This document shows, one piece after another, positions 52,701 through 60,150 of a stretch of 64,000 nt of DNA; the first letter of the stretch is position 1; every line of letters begins with the position of its first letter. Origin of the DNA: a virus (lineage: Duplodnaviria > Caudoviricetes); the IMG/VR virus record IMGVR_UViG_3300036958_000333, positions 208,849-272,848 of that record. One strand, 5' to 3'. Below the pieces are notes generated by a model that was not told the origin of the DNA, made no database searches, and saw nothing but the letters and a program-made list of their open reading frames with translations. A program made the translations under genes and the position numbers.

Positions 52701-54464
52701 ACCTTTTTTAATTTTATCTGATGTATTTTGTAATTCTCTTTGTAGATCTTTAATTTGATTTGCCGCCCCTTCACCAGTAGATTTCATCTTTTCATTAAAA
52801 GCAATCATAGAATTTTCTAGTTCTTTCCAGCCTTTTATTTTCCCTCCACTAAATAAATTTACCATACGGTCTCTATTAGGATCATTTTTGAATCTATTAT
52901 ACAAATAACTCATAGTATCTTCAAAAGCCTTAGATAAAACCTTTGGATCTGACATTGATCCAAGAGCTTCAGATCCCTGTTTTTTAAGTTTACTTAAAAC
53001 CATAACCCCTAAAATTCCAGAATTTTGTAAACTATTATTAAAATTATCAAAACCACCTGTAAATGTATTTAACAAATCTCCTGCAACCTCAGACGCTCCT
53101 TTCATCTTATCTAATCCAGCCATTAGATTTGTAAATTCTAAAACAGCCCTTGCGCTTTCTCCAGCAACTCTTCTCATATTTTCATATATATTTTTTACAC
53201 CTTCTTGTATTGAAAAAACCTTTTTAGCAGACATATCCAAATTTTTAGACACATCAGATGTTCCTCTTATTATAGATGTAACCTGACTACCTGTCATTTT
53301 TAAATCATATGCCATATTTCCAGTTTTGTCTACTAATTCTTCAAATGTCATATTAAGCTCTGTAGCACTTATAGCAGATGTTTTCAATAAACCAGATTGA
53401 GTCTTAAGATTTCCTATTCCTTTTTCATATAATGCGGTTTGAGCTTTTGCGGCCGAAACCATATCTACCATTCCTTTAGACTCTTTAACTATATGATTAG
53501 CTCTTTCAATCAACTGATTCGTTATTTGTTTTTGAGAATTAACTAATCCACCCATTGCAGTTCCAGTTCTTTGAGTAATCTGCTGAAACTCCATAGAACG
53601 ACTAATAATAGCTCCGAACGACATAATACCAAGCCTTGATGCAACAGTAGATATGGCATGTGCAGCTAGCTCAAAACCATCTTTCATTTTAGATAATCTC
53701 TTATCTAATTCTCTAGATTCTTTATTAAGAGACCTAGTTGATTTATCAAGTACATCATAAGCATCTTTAATATTTTTAGGATTAATAATACCTTTTTCTA
53801 TTTTTTCTTCCATAAATTTAATGTATGAATTCACATTTGATTTAAGTCTTTTTAATCTTTCTATATCTCCTTTACCTGATTCTATCATTACATCTTCTAA
53901 ATTTTTAATTTGAATAATTAAATGTCTAAAATCTTTAATAATACCTGTAAACTGTTCTCTATACTCTCTTAAAATTTCAGGATTAATTTTTTCATCTTGT
54001 TTTTTAGATTCATTTAAAATATCTTGTTCAGTTGTAGTGCTTTTTGGAGGAACAGTACTTGAAACAGGGGTAGAACTTGGAATAGGTGTAGTGCTTGGAG
54101 CAATGTTGGGTTGACTTTCTTGGGTTTTTACCTTTGATGTTGTAGATATATTATTAATAGCAGATACTAACTTATCAGTTAATTTAACCAATAATCCTTT
54201 TAAATCAACAATAGGTTCATTTATATCTTTTGTTATTTTTTCAAATAAATTTTTTTCATGCTCTTCTGCAAATTTCGATGAATCTGTTATTATTTTTTTT
54301 ATATCAGATATATCTTTTTCTAAATTCGTTAAAATAGGAGTTGATTTTGATTTATCTTCTTTTAAAGGGCTTATAAATTCAGAAAATAAATCTCTTAAAG
54401 TCTGATTATCCAAACCAGACACTTCTAATGGTTTTTTAGAAACATCTTTTGGTTCATTTGCCAT
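46791..54464 (-). CDS. tail tape measure protein
   Basis: 2557 aa, helical and Ala/Gly/Ile/Lys-rich with long internal repeats; precedes tube-initiator and baseplate genes. Confidence 0.85.
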   Translation of the reverse strand: MANEPKDVSKKPLEVSGLDNQTLRDLFSEFISPLKEDKSKSTPILTNLEKDISDIKKIITDSSKFAEEHEKNLFEKITKDINEPIVDLKGLLVKLTDKLVSAINNISTTSKVKTQESQPNIAPSTTPIPSSTPVSSTVPPKSTTTEQDILNESKKQDEKINPEILREYREQFTGIIKDFRHLIIQIKNLEDVMIESGKGDIERLKRLKSNVNSYIKFMEEKIEKGIINPKNIKDAYDVLDKSTRSLNKESRELDKRLSKMKDGFELAAHAISTVASRLGIMSFGAIISRSMEFQQITQRTGTAMGGLVNSQKQITNQLIERANHIVKESKGMVDMVSAAKAQTALYEKGIGNLKTQSGLLKTSAISATELNMTFEELVDKTGNMAYDLKMTGSQVTSIIRGTSDVSKNLDMSAKKVFSIQEGVKNIYENMRRVAGESARAVLEFTNLMAGLDKMKGASEVAGDLLNTFTGGFDNFNNSLQNSGILGVMVLSKLKKQGSEALGSMSDPKVLSKAFEDTMSYLYNRFKNDPNRDRMVNLFSGGKIKGWKELENSMIAFNEKMKSTGEGAANQIKDLQRELQNTSDKIKKGEIQGKIKQLQDTLASEASASMADLESQVERIQKLQSLSGSNRMSDAEAQKELSKIWEKKKGSIKQELSLAIESGVKIEGLDKKTFDSISKSMEGALAGNVKIQDVLKEISKISEATKQSNEKTAKDQMKLSMKNALDQINAGKNVAEQDFMKFTIGALNSITFSLKFIARFSTYIFSIFGLLSFLRSSGLLTIGKHYDKGPINKLIDSIFSKKSKEDKNKGSESGIIDKISSFFRKRSESKSAGQQTLQSPSSLEKMPGMPPRGFKIDWNKARSIGSDLLYGAAAITILALGIITVGTIILKLGAGISSLLGLDSERAKKIASTVTSIITSTGIIIVETIIAASALYGIGRIMKKFGGSAGIKSVAKDILAGAAAIAILSPAVLLLGTTLVWISDKILSIFGMTPEKAEKIAKGIAGIIKSTGIILLYTLLAAGVMGAAGVGLLALSGPQVGIAIAALIAGGIALGLLTPAVLLVATAVIKICQFITGFLIDPEKASKTAKGIAGIIKSAGIILLYTLIAAGVMGAAGAGILILSAGPQIGIAIAALIAGGIALGLLTPAVLLVATAVIKICQFITGFLIDPEKASKTAKGIAGIIKSAGIILLYTLLTAGVMGAAGVGLLALVSGPQIILVAGLLTLGAIALGILTPAILLVATGIVKICEAIMGVFKMDPEKASKVAKGVAGIIKSLFTIIRYTYLASAVLASIAPMSIALLLFVPLIKLGGFVIKTVIGVILKTALSIVDSAKKIVNEKSENEANKVLKSIENTIRSIEKIISGTEKASKMLSRFSPGVFSKIFGDLKDKAKAGAKYIKSFIPLILDLSKDIINITGKRVGNINPEDASETVKGLSNIVSSLSRILEGVSKAADHFKKIKPGWFKSDLVKNVKKGADYLKKLIPVIMKNALVIFNITGIGVERINVEDASKTAQGISSIVLSLTKLLEGVSKAADHFKKIKPGWFKSNLVKNVKEGAGYLKKLIPVIMKNALVIFNMTKSGVININVEEAVNTSKGITSIVLSLAKLLESVSKASDYFKKIKPGWFKSDLIKNIKEGANYLKKLIPVIMKNTLVIFDITGTGVENINVEDASKVAQGISSIILSLTKLLDGVSKASDHFKKIKIDWSESDLIKNVKSGAKYLKKLIPVVMENSLVIFDITRIGVQNINVEEASKTAQGISSIVLSLTKLLEGVSKASDHFKKMKSGWFKSDLIKNVKKGADYLKKLIPVVMKNAKVIFDITGTGVENINVEDASKTSKGISSIVLSLLNLLEGISKTSDYFKKVRTSWFKDDLIKNVKKGAGYLKKLIPVVMENAKVVFDITGTGVENINIEEAAKTARGISSIVSSLAKVLEEISKSVDYFKKMKPGSFKDDFIINVKIGSWYLSKLIPVVMESAEDMFDITKAGVESINIEEAAKTAQGVSSIVSSLARILEGISKSSDYFKKIKPGGFLKDDLIKNVKKGAKYLKKLIPVVMESSKDMFDVTGVGVENINIEEAAKTAQGVSSIVSSLARILEGISKSSDYFKKIKPGGWFKDDLIKSIKKGSKYLQKLIPVVMENAQVMFDITGVGVVNINIEEAAKTAQGVSSIVMSFAKLLEGISKISDYFKKIKPGGWFKDDLIKSIKKGSKYLQKLIPVVMENAKVMFDITGAGIQDINVEDAVKTGEDIGKIVESMSKIIDGVTKAKEILTNFGVEKSIPEIFIMRYILGNLMKPGIDEISDLIPIIVGSVNIIVDANKGDLQKISSEDISKISEKIVSCVEGISSVMQKLSKSTKFLKNVKQLDSNSMKKNATIMKNNFSIILDFLTIGLIEPLVNSKDIIEKALQSIEDLENLSNIMSKMSSVSDKIDKKSIDSLMKLSKELGSLDKVKGEIKTELIGSSSKSGDITAEQKGDLSGINQLTGINSNTTEMVNLLKEIKNCLSVTPKRDGVIMSGSTGGTIPKNENTLSANDGVPMSSYNTWQTTAVANPSLGTVY
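47670..50096 (-). repeat. tandem array of ten 243-246-bp (81-82 aa) repeats in the tape measure
   Basis: FKKIKPGWFK.DL.KNVK.GA.YLKKLIPV units; aaccaacctg recurs at 50071, 49828 and 49585. Confidence 0.9.
50600..51490 (-). repeat. hydrophobic 88-90 aa repeats (about 264-270 bp) in the tape measure
   Basis: PEKASK.AKGIAGIIKS.GIILLYTL units; gatgctttttctgg recurs at 51211, 50944 and 50674. Confidence 0.85.
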
Positions 54465-54605
54465 AAATAGTATATATTTGGATTTAAAAATTAAAGATTA
54501 GAAAATATTTTCTTACTCCCAAATAACGCTAAACCATCTTATAGATTGATTTTATTTGTTTAGCATAAATTATATATTAATTAACATTTAAAAAATAACA
54601 AAAAA

Positions 54606-55082
54606 TTATTTATTCTCACCTAGAATATCATTTAATATTTGCGGTTGTCTATTTAATACTTGTTGATTAACAGCATTTCTTATTCTTAACATTTCTTGTT
54701 GAGAATAATTTCTTATAATAGAAAGGGATTGAATCACTGCTCTCCAGTTTATTTTTTTTGCATTTATAATTCCATAAATCTTATAAGTTCTAAATGCTTT
54801 TTTAATATAAAATTGATTTTTAATAACAGTATAATTAAAAGATCTATTTCCACCCCATCTATTTAATAATGCTCTAAATACAGGAAACGTTAAATAATGA
54901 AGATTTAATCCTCCTATTCTTCCATCGTTTGTTAATCCAGTGCTTATTATAACTGGATATGGATCGTGTTTAAAAAAAGAATAATTAAAAGATATAACTT
55001 CCCCAGCAACAACGTTATTGGAATTAATAGTAAATATATTTTGTACTAAATCTGGAACCTTTTTTAAAAATAAATCAGCCAT
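54606..55082 (-). CDS. DNA end protector (T4 gp2-like)
   Basis: D.YP and GLNLHYL motif with downstream RTY. Confidence 0.6.
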   Translation of the reverse strand: MADLFLKKVPDLVQNIFTINSNNVVAGEVISFNYSFFKHDPYPVIISTGLTNDGRIGGLNLHYLTFPVFRALLNRWGGNRSFNYTVIKNQFYIKKAFRTYKIYGIINAKKINWRAVIQSLSIIRNYSQQEMLRIRNAVNQQVLNRQPQILNDILGENK

Positions 55083-55114
55083 AATTCTTATTTATATAAT
55101 AATAGGAGATATTT

Positions 55115-55618
55115 ATGGATAATTATTTAATAAAAAACGATGAAGAAAAACAAATTGAAGTAAAAAATGAAATAGAAAATAATGTTGGAGATATATTTTC
55201 AAATGATGATATGAAAAATATGCTACGTAATATAATAAAAGAATGTGATGATAACAGAAAAGAGGCATTAGATTCATATTATATATTTAAGGATATGATA
55301 TTAAATAGTGGAGATTTTGATTCATCTAGTTCTACAAAAGAACAATTAGCAATATTATTACAAACAGCTCAATCTTCAAGTGATTCTAAAATAAAACTAT
55401 TCGAGTCAGTATTAAGAGCAAAAATAAAGCAACAAGTAGAAAGAGACAAATCAAAATCTAAACAAAGCGGAATATTTGGAGGATTAGATAGAAGATCGTT
55501 ATTAAAAGCATTAGATGAAACTAAAGACTTTTTAGAATTAGATATAGAAGAAAAACAAGAAGAAATAAAAAATATTAATGAAAATCAAGAATTTTCAATT
55601 AAATCTGGGGATTTTTAA
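55115..55618 (+). CDS. hypothetical helical protein
   Basis: 167-aa ORF with AGGAG Shine-Dalgarno. Confidence 0.75.
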   Translation: MDNYLIKNDEEKQIEVKNEIENNVGDIFSNDDMKNMLRNIIKECDDNRKEALDSYYIFKDMILNSGDFDSSSSTKEQLAILLQTAQSSSDSKIKLFESVLRAKIKQQVERDKSKSKQSGIFGGLDRRSLLKALDETKDFLELDIEEKQEEIKNINENQEFSIKSGDF

Positions 55619-55670
55619 TTATTAAATAATATATAGTTTTATAATATTTTATGAGTCTGGAGAAGTAATA

Positions 55671-57308
55671 ATGAAAAGATATGTCATAAGCTCTTGGATT
55701 GATCAAACAAAAAATCCGTTTATAGAACATTATCCTATGATGGAAGCTCCAATAGATCAACCTATTCCAGAACCAGATACTTTTCAAGGAACAGATCAAC
55801 AAGATATTCCTCAAGAAATAGAACCTTCACAAGAACCTGATATACAAAATAATCAAAAAATAACAAATCAACCTCAAATATCACAAAATCCAACACAAAA
55901 TGATTATTATGATAATAATGAAACAGAAGACGAAGAACCAATAATTGATTTTGAAGTAGAAAAAATGGATTATATAAGATTATCCATAAATCAAAAAAAC
56001 GATGAAATGATGGATAAACTCATTCAAATGAGAGATATAGAAGATTTAACTCCAGGACAATATAAATTTATAGAAGATAATATGCAAATATTATCCCTAT
56101 CTAGAGATATAGATTTTGGAGATTGTAAAAAAAAGATTTATAAATCAATAAAATCTCAATTTGAATCATTAATACAAGGACAAGAAGAAACAGAAGATCA
56201 ATATCCTGAAGAACAATATCCAAAAGAACCTTATCAAAATATTAAACAAGAAATTCCACAAGATATTCCAGAAGAACCAAAGACTAGTAACCAACCAATG
56301 GATATGGAAAATATCCCAGGACAAGAAGGACAACCAGAAGTCTCTTCATATAATGCTGCATGGAATTTAAAAGGAATATTGTTAAAAGAAGCTCCTGAAA
56401 TAGAAATTCCAGATTTACCTGGACCTGATAATGTTCCATCTGTTCCTGGAGGAGATTCTATTTCTGGAACAGAAGTATTACAAATTATATCAGATGAAAT
56501 AGAAAAATATAATGAAATTAATAATGTATTTTTAAAATTACCAAGTTTTTATTCTATGAAATCTGATTTATTTAGAAAAATAATATGTTCATTAACAAAC
56601 GGAATACAGGTAGGATCTGGTGGAACATTAGAAGATATATTTATTCCTATATCTGAGGGAGGAGACGGAATAAAAGTTTGTACTAGAATATATACAGATT
56701 TTGGAAATATACAAATAGGAAAATGGTCTATAAAGTATAATGATCCAGAAAAATATTTATCAGAATCAGAATTAGAAAAATTAAACTATTCAGGTTCGCC
56801 AGAAGAAAAAGAAGTATTAAGGAAAAGGGTTATTATAGAATCTATAGCAGAAAATTTTAAAGATAAAGTATATATTGTTTTTATAACAAACCCAAATACT
56901 GGAGAAATACATCAAATAGGATTTAATTTTTCTAATTTAGTAAGAGATGGATGGAAAAACGGATATATTTCTGTTAGCTTCAAAGCAAATGTTGGAAAAG
57001 GAGAAGCTGGCGTAAAGATAGATGGAGAATTAATAGATCTACAAAATATAGAAATAGAATTTATTAAAGAAAATCCAGACAAAATAGATAAAGAGGGAAG
57101 ACCAATAAAAGATTATATTGAATTAATGAATCTTACAAATGGATATTTATATCTTTCTATAATAAGAGAAGAGTTTGATAATTTAATTAATGTTTCTCAA
57201 AATGGAATATTTTATAAAAACAAACAATTTGACCAAGGAAGAGAAGAATTGTTAAAAATACAAAGATGTATCCCTGATATTAAAGAAATTTTATTAAAAA
57301 AATGCTAA
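55671..57308 (+). CDS. hypothetical acidic protein with Pro/Gln/Glu low-complexity tracts
   Basis: 545-aa ORF with GGAG Shine-Dalgarno. Confidence 0.75.
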   Translation: MKRYVISSWIDQTKNPFIEHYPMMEAPIDQPIPEPDTFQGTDQQDIPQEIEPSQEPDIQNNQKITNQPQISQNPTQNDYYDNNETEDEEPIIDFEVEKMDYIRLSINQKNDEMMDKLIQMRDIEDLTPGQYKFIEDNMQILSLSRDIDFGDCKKKIYKSIKSQFESLIQGQEETEDQYPEEQYPKEPYQNIKQEIPQDIPEEPKTSNQPMDMENIPGQEGQPEVSSYNAAWNLKGILLKEAPEIEIPDLPGPDNVPSVPGGDSISGTEVLQIISDEIEKYNEINNVFLKLPSFYSMKSDLFRKIICSLTNGIQVGSGGTLEDIFIPISEGGDGIKVCTRIYTDFGNIQIGKWSIKYNDPEKYLSESELEKLNYSGSPEEKEVLRKRVIIESIAENFKDKVYIVFITNPNTGEIHQIGFNFSNLVRDGWKNGYISVSFKANVGKGEAGVKIDGELIDLQNIEIEFIKENPDKIDKEGRPIKDYIELMNLTNGYLYLSIIREEFDNLINVSQNGIFYKNKQFDQGREELLKIQRCIPDIKEILLKKC

Positions 57309-57318
57309 GAAGGATAAT

Positions 57319-57849
57319 ATGAAGCTTATAACTTTTAAAGAATTTATAGAAGAAGATAAAGACATAAAAAGTAATAATGATAAACTAGAAAAAGTATATA
57401 GATTACTTTCTTCTATTAATAATTTTAGAGTTTCAAAATCTATAGATGAATATCTTCCTAATTCATATTTATTTGTACAAATACCAATAAATTCTAAATT
57501 TAAAGAAGATTTTAAAAAAATAAATCTTGGAATAAGAATATATGTAATTAATAAAAAACTAAGTTTCAGGCTTCAAAATGGATTTAAAGGAAATCAAATA
57601 GGTCCAGCAAAACAAATAGAATTTCAAGAAGAAATAGAAAATATGATAGATAAAGGAAAAACAGAAGACCAGGCTTATAATGAAATATTAAGAAATTTAC
57701 CAAATAAATTAAAAAGATTCATGCAAGATGTTTATTCTAATATATTAAAAAAATATAATAATAAAAACATTGATCAAAAAGATATGGAAATAGAAAGAAA
57801 TATTATAACAAGTATGTGGAATAACTTAGATTTAGATCTTAAATTATAA
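57319..57849 (+). CDS. hypothetical protein with capsid-targeting-like N-terminus
   Basis: MKLITFKEFIEE; AAGGA Shine-Dalgarno. Confidence 0.7.
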   Translation: MKLITFKEFIEEDKDIKSNNDKLEKVYRLLSSINNFRVSKSIDEYLPNSYLFVQIPINSKFKEDFKKINLGIRIYVINKKLSFRLQNGFKGNQIGPAKQIEFQEEIENMIDKGKTEDQAYNEILRNLPNKLKRFMQDVYSNILKKYNNKNIDQKDMEIERNIITSMWNNLDLDLKL

Positions 57850-57863
57850 TTAAAATAATTAAA

Positions 57864-57937
57864 AAGCGCCTGTAGGAGTCGAACCTACTATCTTGAGTTT
57901 ATGAGACTCACGTATGATTCCGTTCTACCCAGGCGCA
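57864..57937 (-). tRNA. tRNA with CAT anticodon (Met/Ile2 class), atypical
   Basis: GCGCCT/AGGCGC acceptor, TGAGT-CTCATAA-ACTCA anticodon arm, GTAGG-TTCGACT-CCTAC T arm; no encoded CCA. Confidence 0.8.
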
Positions 57938-57941
57938 ATAA

Positions 57942-58379
57942 TTACCTTTTTAACTTTCGATTCTTATTAAATTCATAAACCTCTTCAATTGGAATAATTT
58001 TTGCAACATTTTTTCTTCTTTGTTTTTTAATGTTTTCTATTACATCTCTTATATAATTATCCATACTTAAACATTCTATTACGTCGCTTAATTTTTCATG
58101 ATCTTTAATAACTAATATTGGATATATAAGACATTTAAATTTCGATGATAATTGATTTTCTGAAATTACAATCTCGGCGTCTTCTACCGAATCAAAAACT
58201 TGCTCTTTGAAAACGGATATATTTGTAGGTATTTTGATAATATTGTCTAATAATATAATAACATACTTTTTCAATATAGGATAATTATTTACCATATAAT
58301 CCATATTAATATATTCATTATCAATATCATTATTATTAAAATCAAAATAAATCGATTTTTTTTTCAACAATTTCTCCAT
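57942..58379 (-). CDS. hypothetical protein
   Basis: start set at the ATG of MEKLL just after the upstream stop (ORF track starts at 58415). Confidence 0.6.
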   Translation of the reverse strand: MEKLLKKKSIYFDFNNNDIDNEYINMDYMVNNYPILKKYVIILLDNIIKIPTNISVFKEQVFDSVEDAEIVISENQLSSKFKCLIYPILVIKDHEKLSDVIECLSMDNYIRDVIENIKKQRRKNVAKIIPIEEVYEFNKNRKLKR

Positions 58380-58380
58380 T

Positions 58381-58656
58381 TTACAAATACTTACAATGAA
58401 TATTAATAAAAACATGGAACAAAAACATAATAATAGAAAATATAAAAATAAAAGTTCCTTGAGATTTCTTTTCTTCTTTGCTCATACCATATATTCCAAA
58501 TATTATACCAAGAAGTGGAATAAACATAGATCCAATAATTATACCAATAACAGACGCTATACCCCATTTTCTAGGAATTATAGATTTTCTACCACAAGCT
58601 GTACAAATCAAAGCATTATCGTCTGAAAACTTTCCACCACAATGAATGCAATACAT
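58381..58656 (-). CDS. zinc-ribbon membrane protein (two TM helices)
   Basis: CIHCG..CTACG followed by two hydrophobic helices; AAGGAGG Shine-Dalgarno. Confidence 0.75.
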   Translation of the reverse strand: MYCIHCGGKFSDDNALICTACGRKSIIPRKWGIASVIGIIIGSMFIPLLGIIFGIYGMSKEEKKSQGTFIFIFSIIMFLFHVFINIHCKYL

Positions 58657-58668
58657 TTTTGTCCTCCT

Positions 58669-58887
58669 TTATTCTTCTATTATAAATTTAGGATCATCTT
58701 GTCCTAACATTTTTCTTATCATATTTCTTCTGGATGCATTGGTCCCTGCACATTCTCTAACATCGGGTAAATCTTTTCTTTTAACTCTTCCGCAATTTTT
58801 ACATATAACATATGTTTTATTTTTATCTTTATCTTTATAATAAAATATCCATTCGCATTTTTTCTTATCTTCAATATCAACCATCAT
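58669..58887 (-). CDS. small Cys-containing hypothetical protein
   Basis: C.W...CKNCG; start set at MMVDIED. Confidence 0.5.
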   Translation of the reverse strand: MMVDIEDKKKCEWIFYYKDKDKNKTYVICKNCGRVKRKDLPDVRECAGTNASRRNMIRKMLGQDDPKFIIEE

Positions 58888-59059
58888 ACTCTCTTTTAAA
58901 CCAACCACACTGAATATTATTCATTATAATAATATGAAACAACTCAAACCCTTGTTTTCCTAAATCATTTATTTCATTTTCTCTAATAGTTGCTGTAATT
59001 TCATTATTTTTTTCCTCTAATGTTTCTAAAGAAATAAATTTATATTCAAATCTTTTCAA
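58877..59059 (-). CDS. DUF4177-like small protein
   Basis: FEYK, INDLGKQGFEL, FKRE. Confidence 0.7.
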   Translation of the reverse strand: MKRFEYKFISLETLEEKNNEITATIRENEINDLGKQGFELFHIIIMNNIQCGWFKREYDG

Positions 59060-59577
59060 ATGATTTCCTTTACTATTCTTAATAAATCAGTATAATTTTT
59101 AGCCACTTTATATTTACCACTATAGTTTTTATTCCAAGGTTGTGAAAATAATATCTTATTATCTGAAATATTTCTTTCTATATTTCTAATATCATCATCT
59201 ACAAATATATCCATATAACATCTTTCTTTATCTTGTGTTAAAATAGTAGTTTTAAATAAATCAGGAAAATGCTTTTTTACCCATTTTATTTTATCAGAAT
59301 ATGTTATTGGAGAAAAAGAAGATGGTTTAGATATAAACCACACTTTCAATCCTAAATTTAATAAATTATTTATAAGAAAAGTTGATCCATTATATGATTT
59401 AAGATTATAAAAATATCCCTCCTTTCCATATATTTTTCTTATTTCATCTATCTTATCAGGAAATTGTTTTTCTAAATTATAATCTTTAATAGAATCGTAA
59501 TCTACTCCTAATTTTTTACAAATAGGAGACATAAAATCCACTATAACACCATCCATGTCTAAACCTATATGTTTCAT
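59056..59577 (-). CDS. 5'(3')-deoxyribonucleotidase (NT5C, HAD family)
   Basis: LDMDGV, K..WV..HFP, FVDD and QPWN motifs. Confidence 0.9.
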   Translation of the reverse strand: MKHIGLDMDGVIVDFMSPICKKLGVDYDSIKDYNLEKQFPDKIDEIRKIYGKEGYFYNLKSYNGSTFLINNLLNLGLKVWFISKPSSFSPITYSDKIKWVKKHFPDLFKTTILTQDKERCYMDIFVDDDIRNIERNISDNKILFSQPWNKNYSGKYKVAKNYTDLLRIVKEII

Positions 59578-59585
59578 TTATAATA

Positions 59586-59658
59586 TGGAGCGATCGGGAG
59601 GATTCCAACCCCCATCTTCGCTATGGATAAGCGATGTGTTAATTTACACCACGAACGC
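59586..59658 (-). tRNA. tRNA-Gly(TCC), non-canonical
   Basis: GCGTTCG/CGATCGC acceptor + T + CCA; TCGCT-TATCCAT-AGCGA anticodon arm; GGGGG-TTGGAAT-CCTCC T arm; D loop AAATTA. Confidence 0.8.
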
Positions 59659-59662
59659 AATA

Positions 59663-59869
59663 TTACTCCCATTCTATTATAGAATCTAAAACTCCAATTT
59701 CCTTTAAATATTTCTCTATATCAAATGTAGACATCCATTTCCAACCCAATAAATATTCATCAGTTATAGTTATAACCCAACGATTTCTATCTTTACTACC
59801 ATGATTTAAAATCTTCTTTATTTGATTTTCATTTAAATCACTTAATTTAATTTTAAAATTATTTTTCAT
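59663..59869 (-). CDS. hypothetical protein
   Basis: 68-aa ORF in a tightly packed run. Confidence 0.55.
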   Translation of the reverse strand: MKNNFKIKLSDLNENQIKKILNHGSKDRNRWVITITDEYLLGWKWMSTFDIEKYLKEIGVLDSIIEWE

Positions 59870-60137
59870 AACGCTTAATTAATAATTTATTTAATTCTTC
59901 AATATCTCCTTTAAATTCATATTTATTAGGACATAATTTTGAAAAACCATTTGATTCTAAATTCTCTCTAATACTAAAATCTGGAACCCTTTTATATTCA
60001 CAAGGATAAGCTTCACTTATAGTATATATAATATTTTTAAAAGTTATATCATCTATATCAGCAATTTCACCATCAATCATTAAAATTGTTTTTGCTTTAT
60101 TTTTTTCTATAATTTTATTTATTATTTCTATAATCAT
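59859..60137 (-). CDS. hypothetical protein
   Basis: 92-aa ORF in a tightly packed run. Confidence 0.55.
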   Translation of the reverse strand: MIIEIINKIIEKNKAKTILMIDGEIADIDDITFKNIIYTISEAYPCEYKRVPDFSIRENLESNGFSKLCPNKYEFKGDIEELNKLLIKRYEK

Positions 60138-60150
60138 AGTTTTTAAATTA

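Noticed and set aside
55089-55096. T4 late promoter TATAAATA upstream of the gp2-like gene, and AATATATA motifs before several starts
   Set aside because: Such 8-mers are expected often by chance at this AT content; needs enrichment statistics or TSS data
55115-55618. Possible small terminase subunit
   Set aside because: Only size and helical character fit; no diagnostic motif and no adjacent large terminase
48-58840. Short overlapping ORFs in the track (e.g. 48..317, 943..1131, 2432..2707, 5839..6120, 21272..21478, 24713..24994, 33261..33605, 49663..49857, 55599..55814, 58396..58626)
   Set aside because: They are antisense or out-of-frame shadows of better-supported genes and carry no motifs
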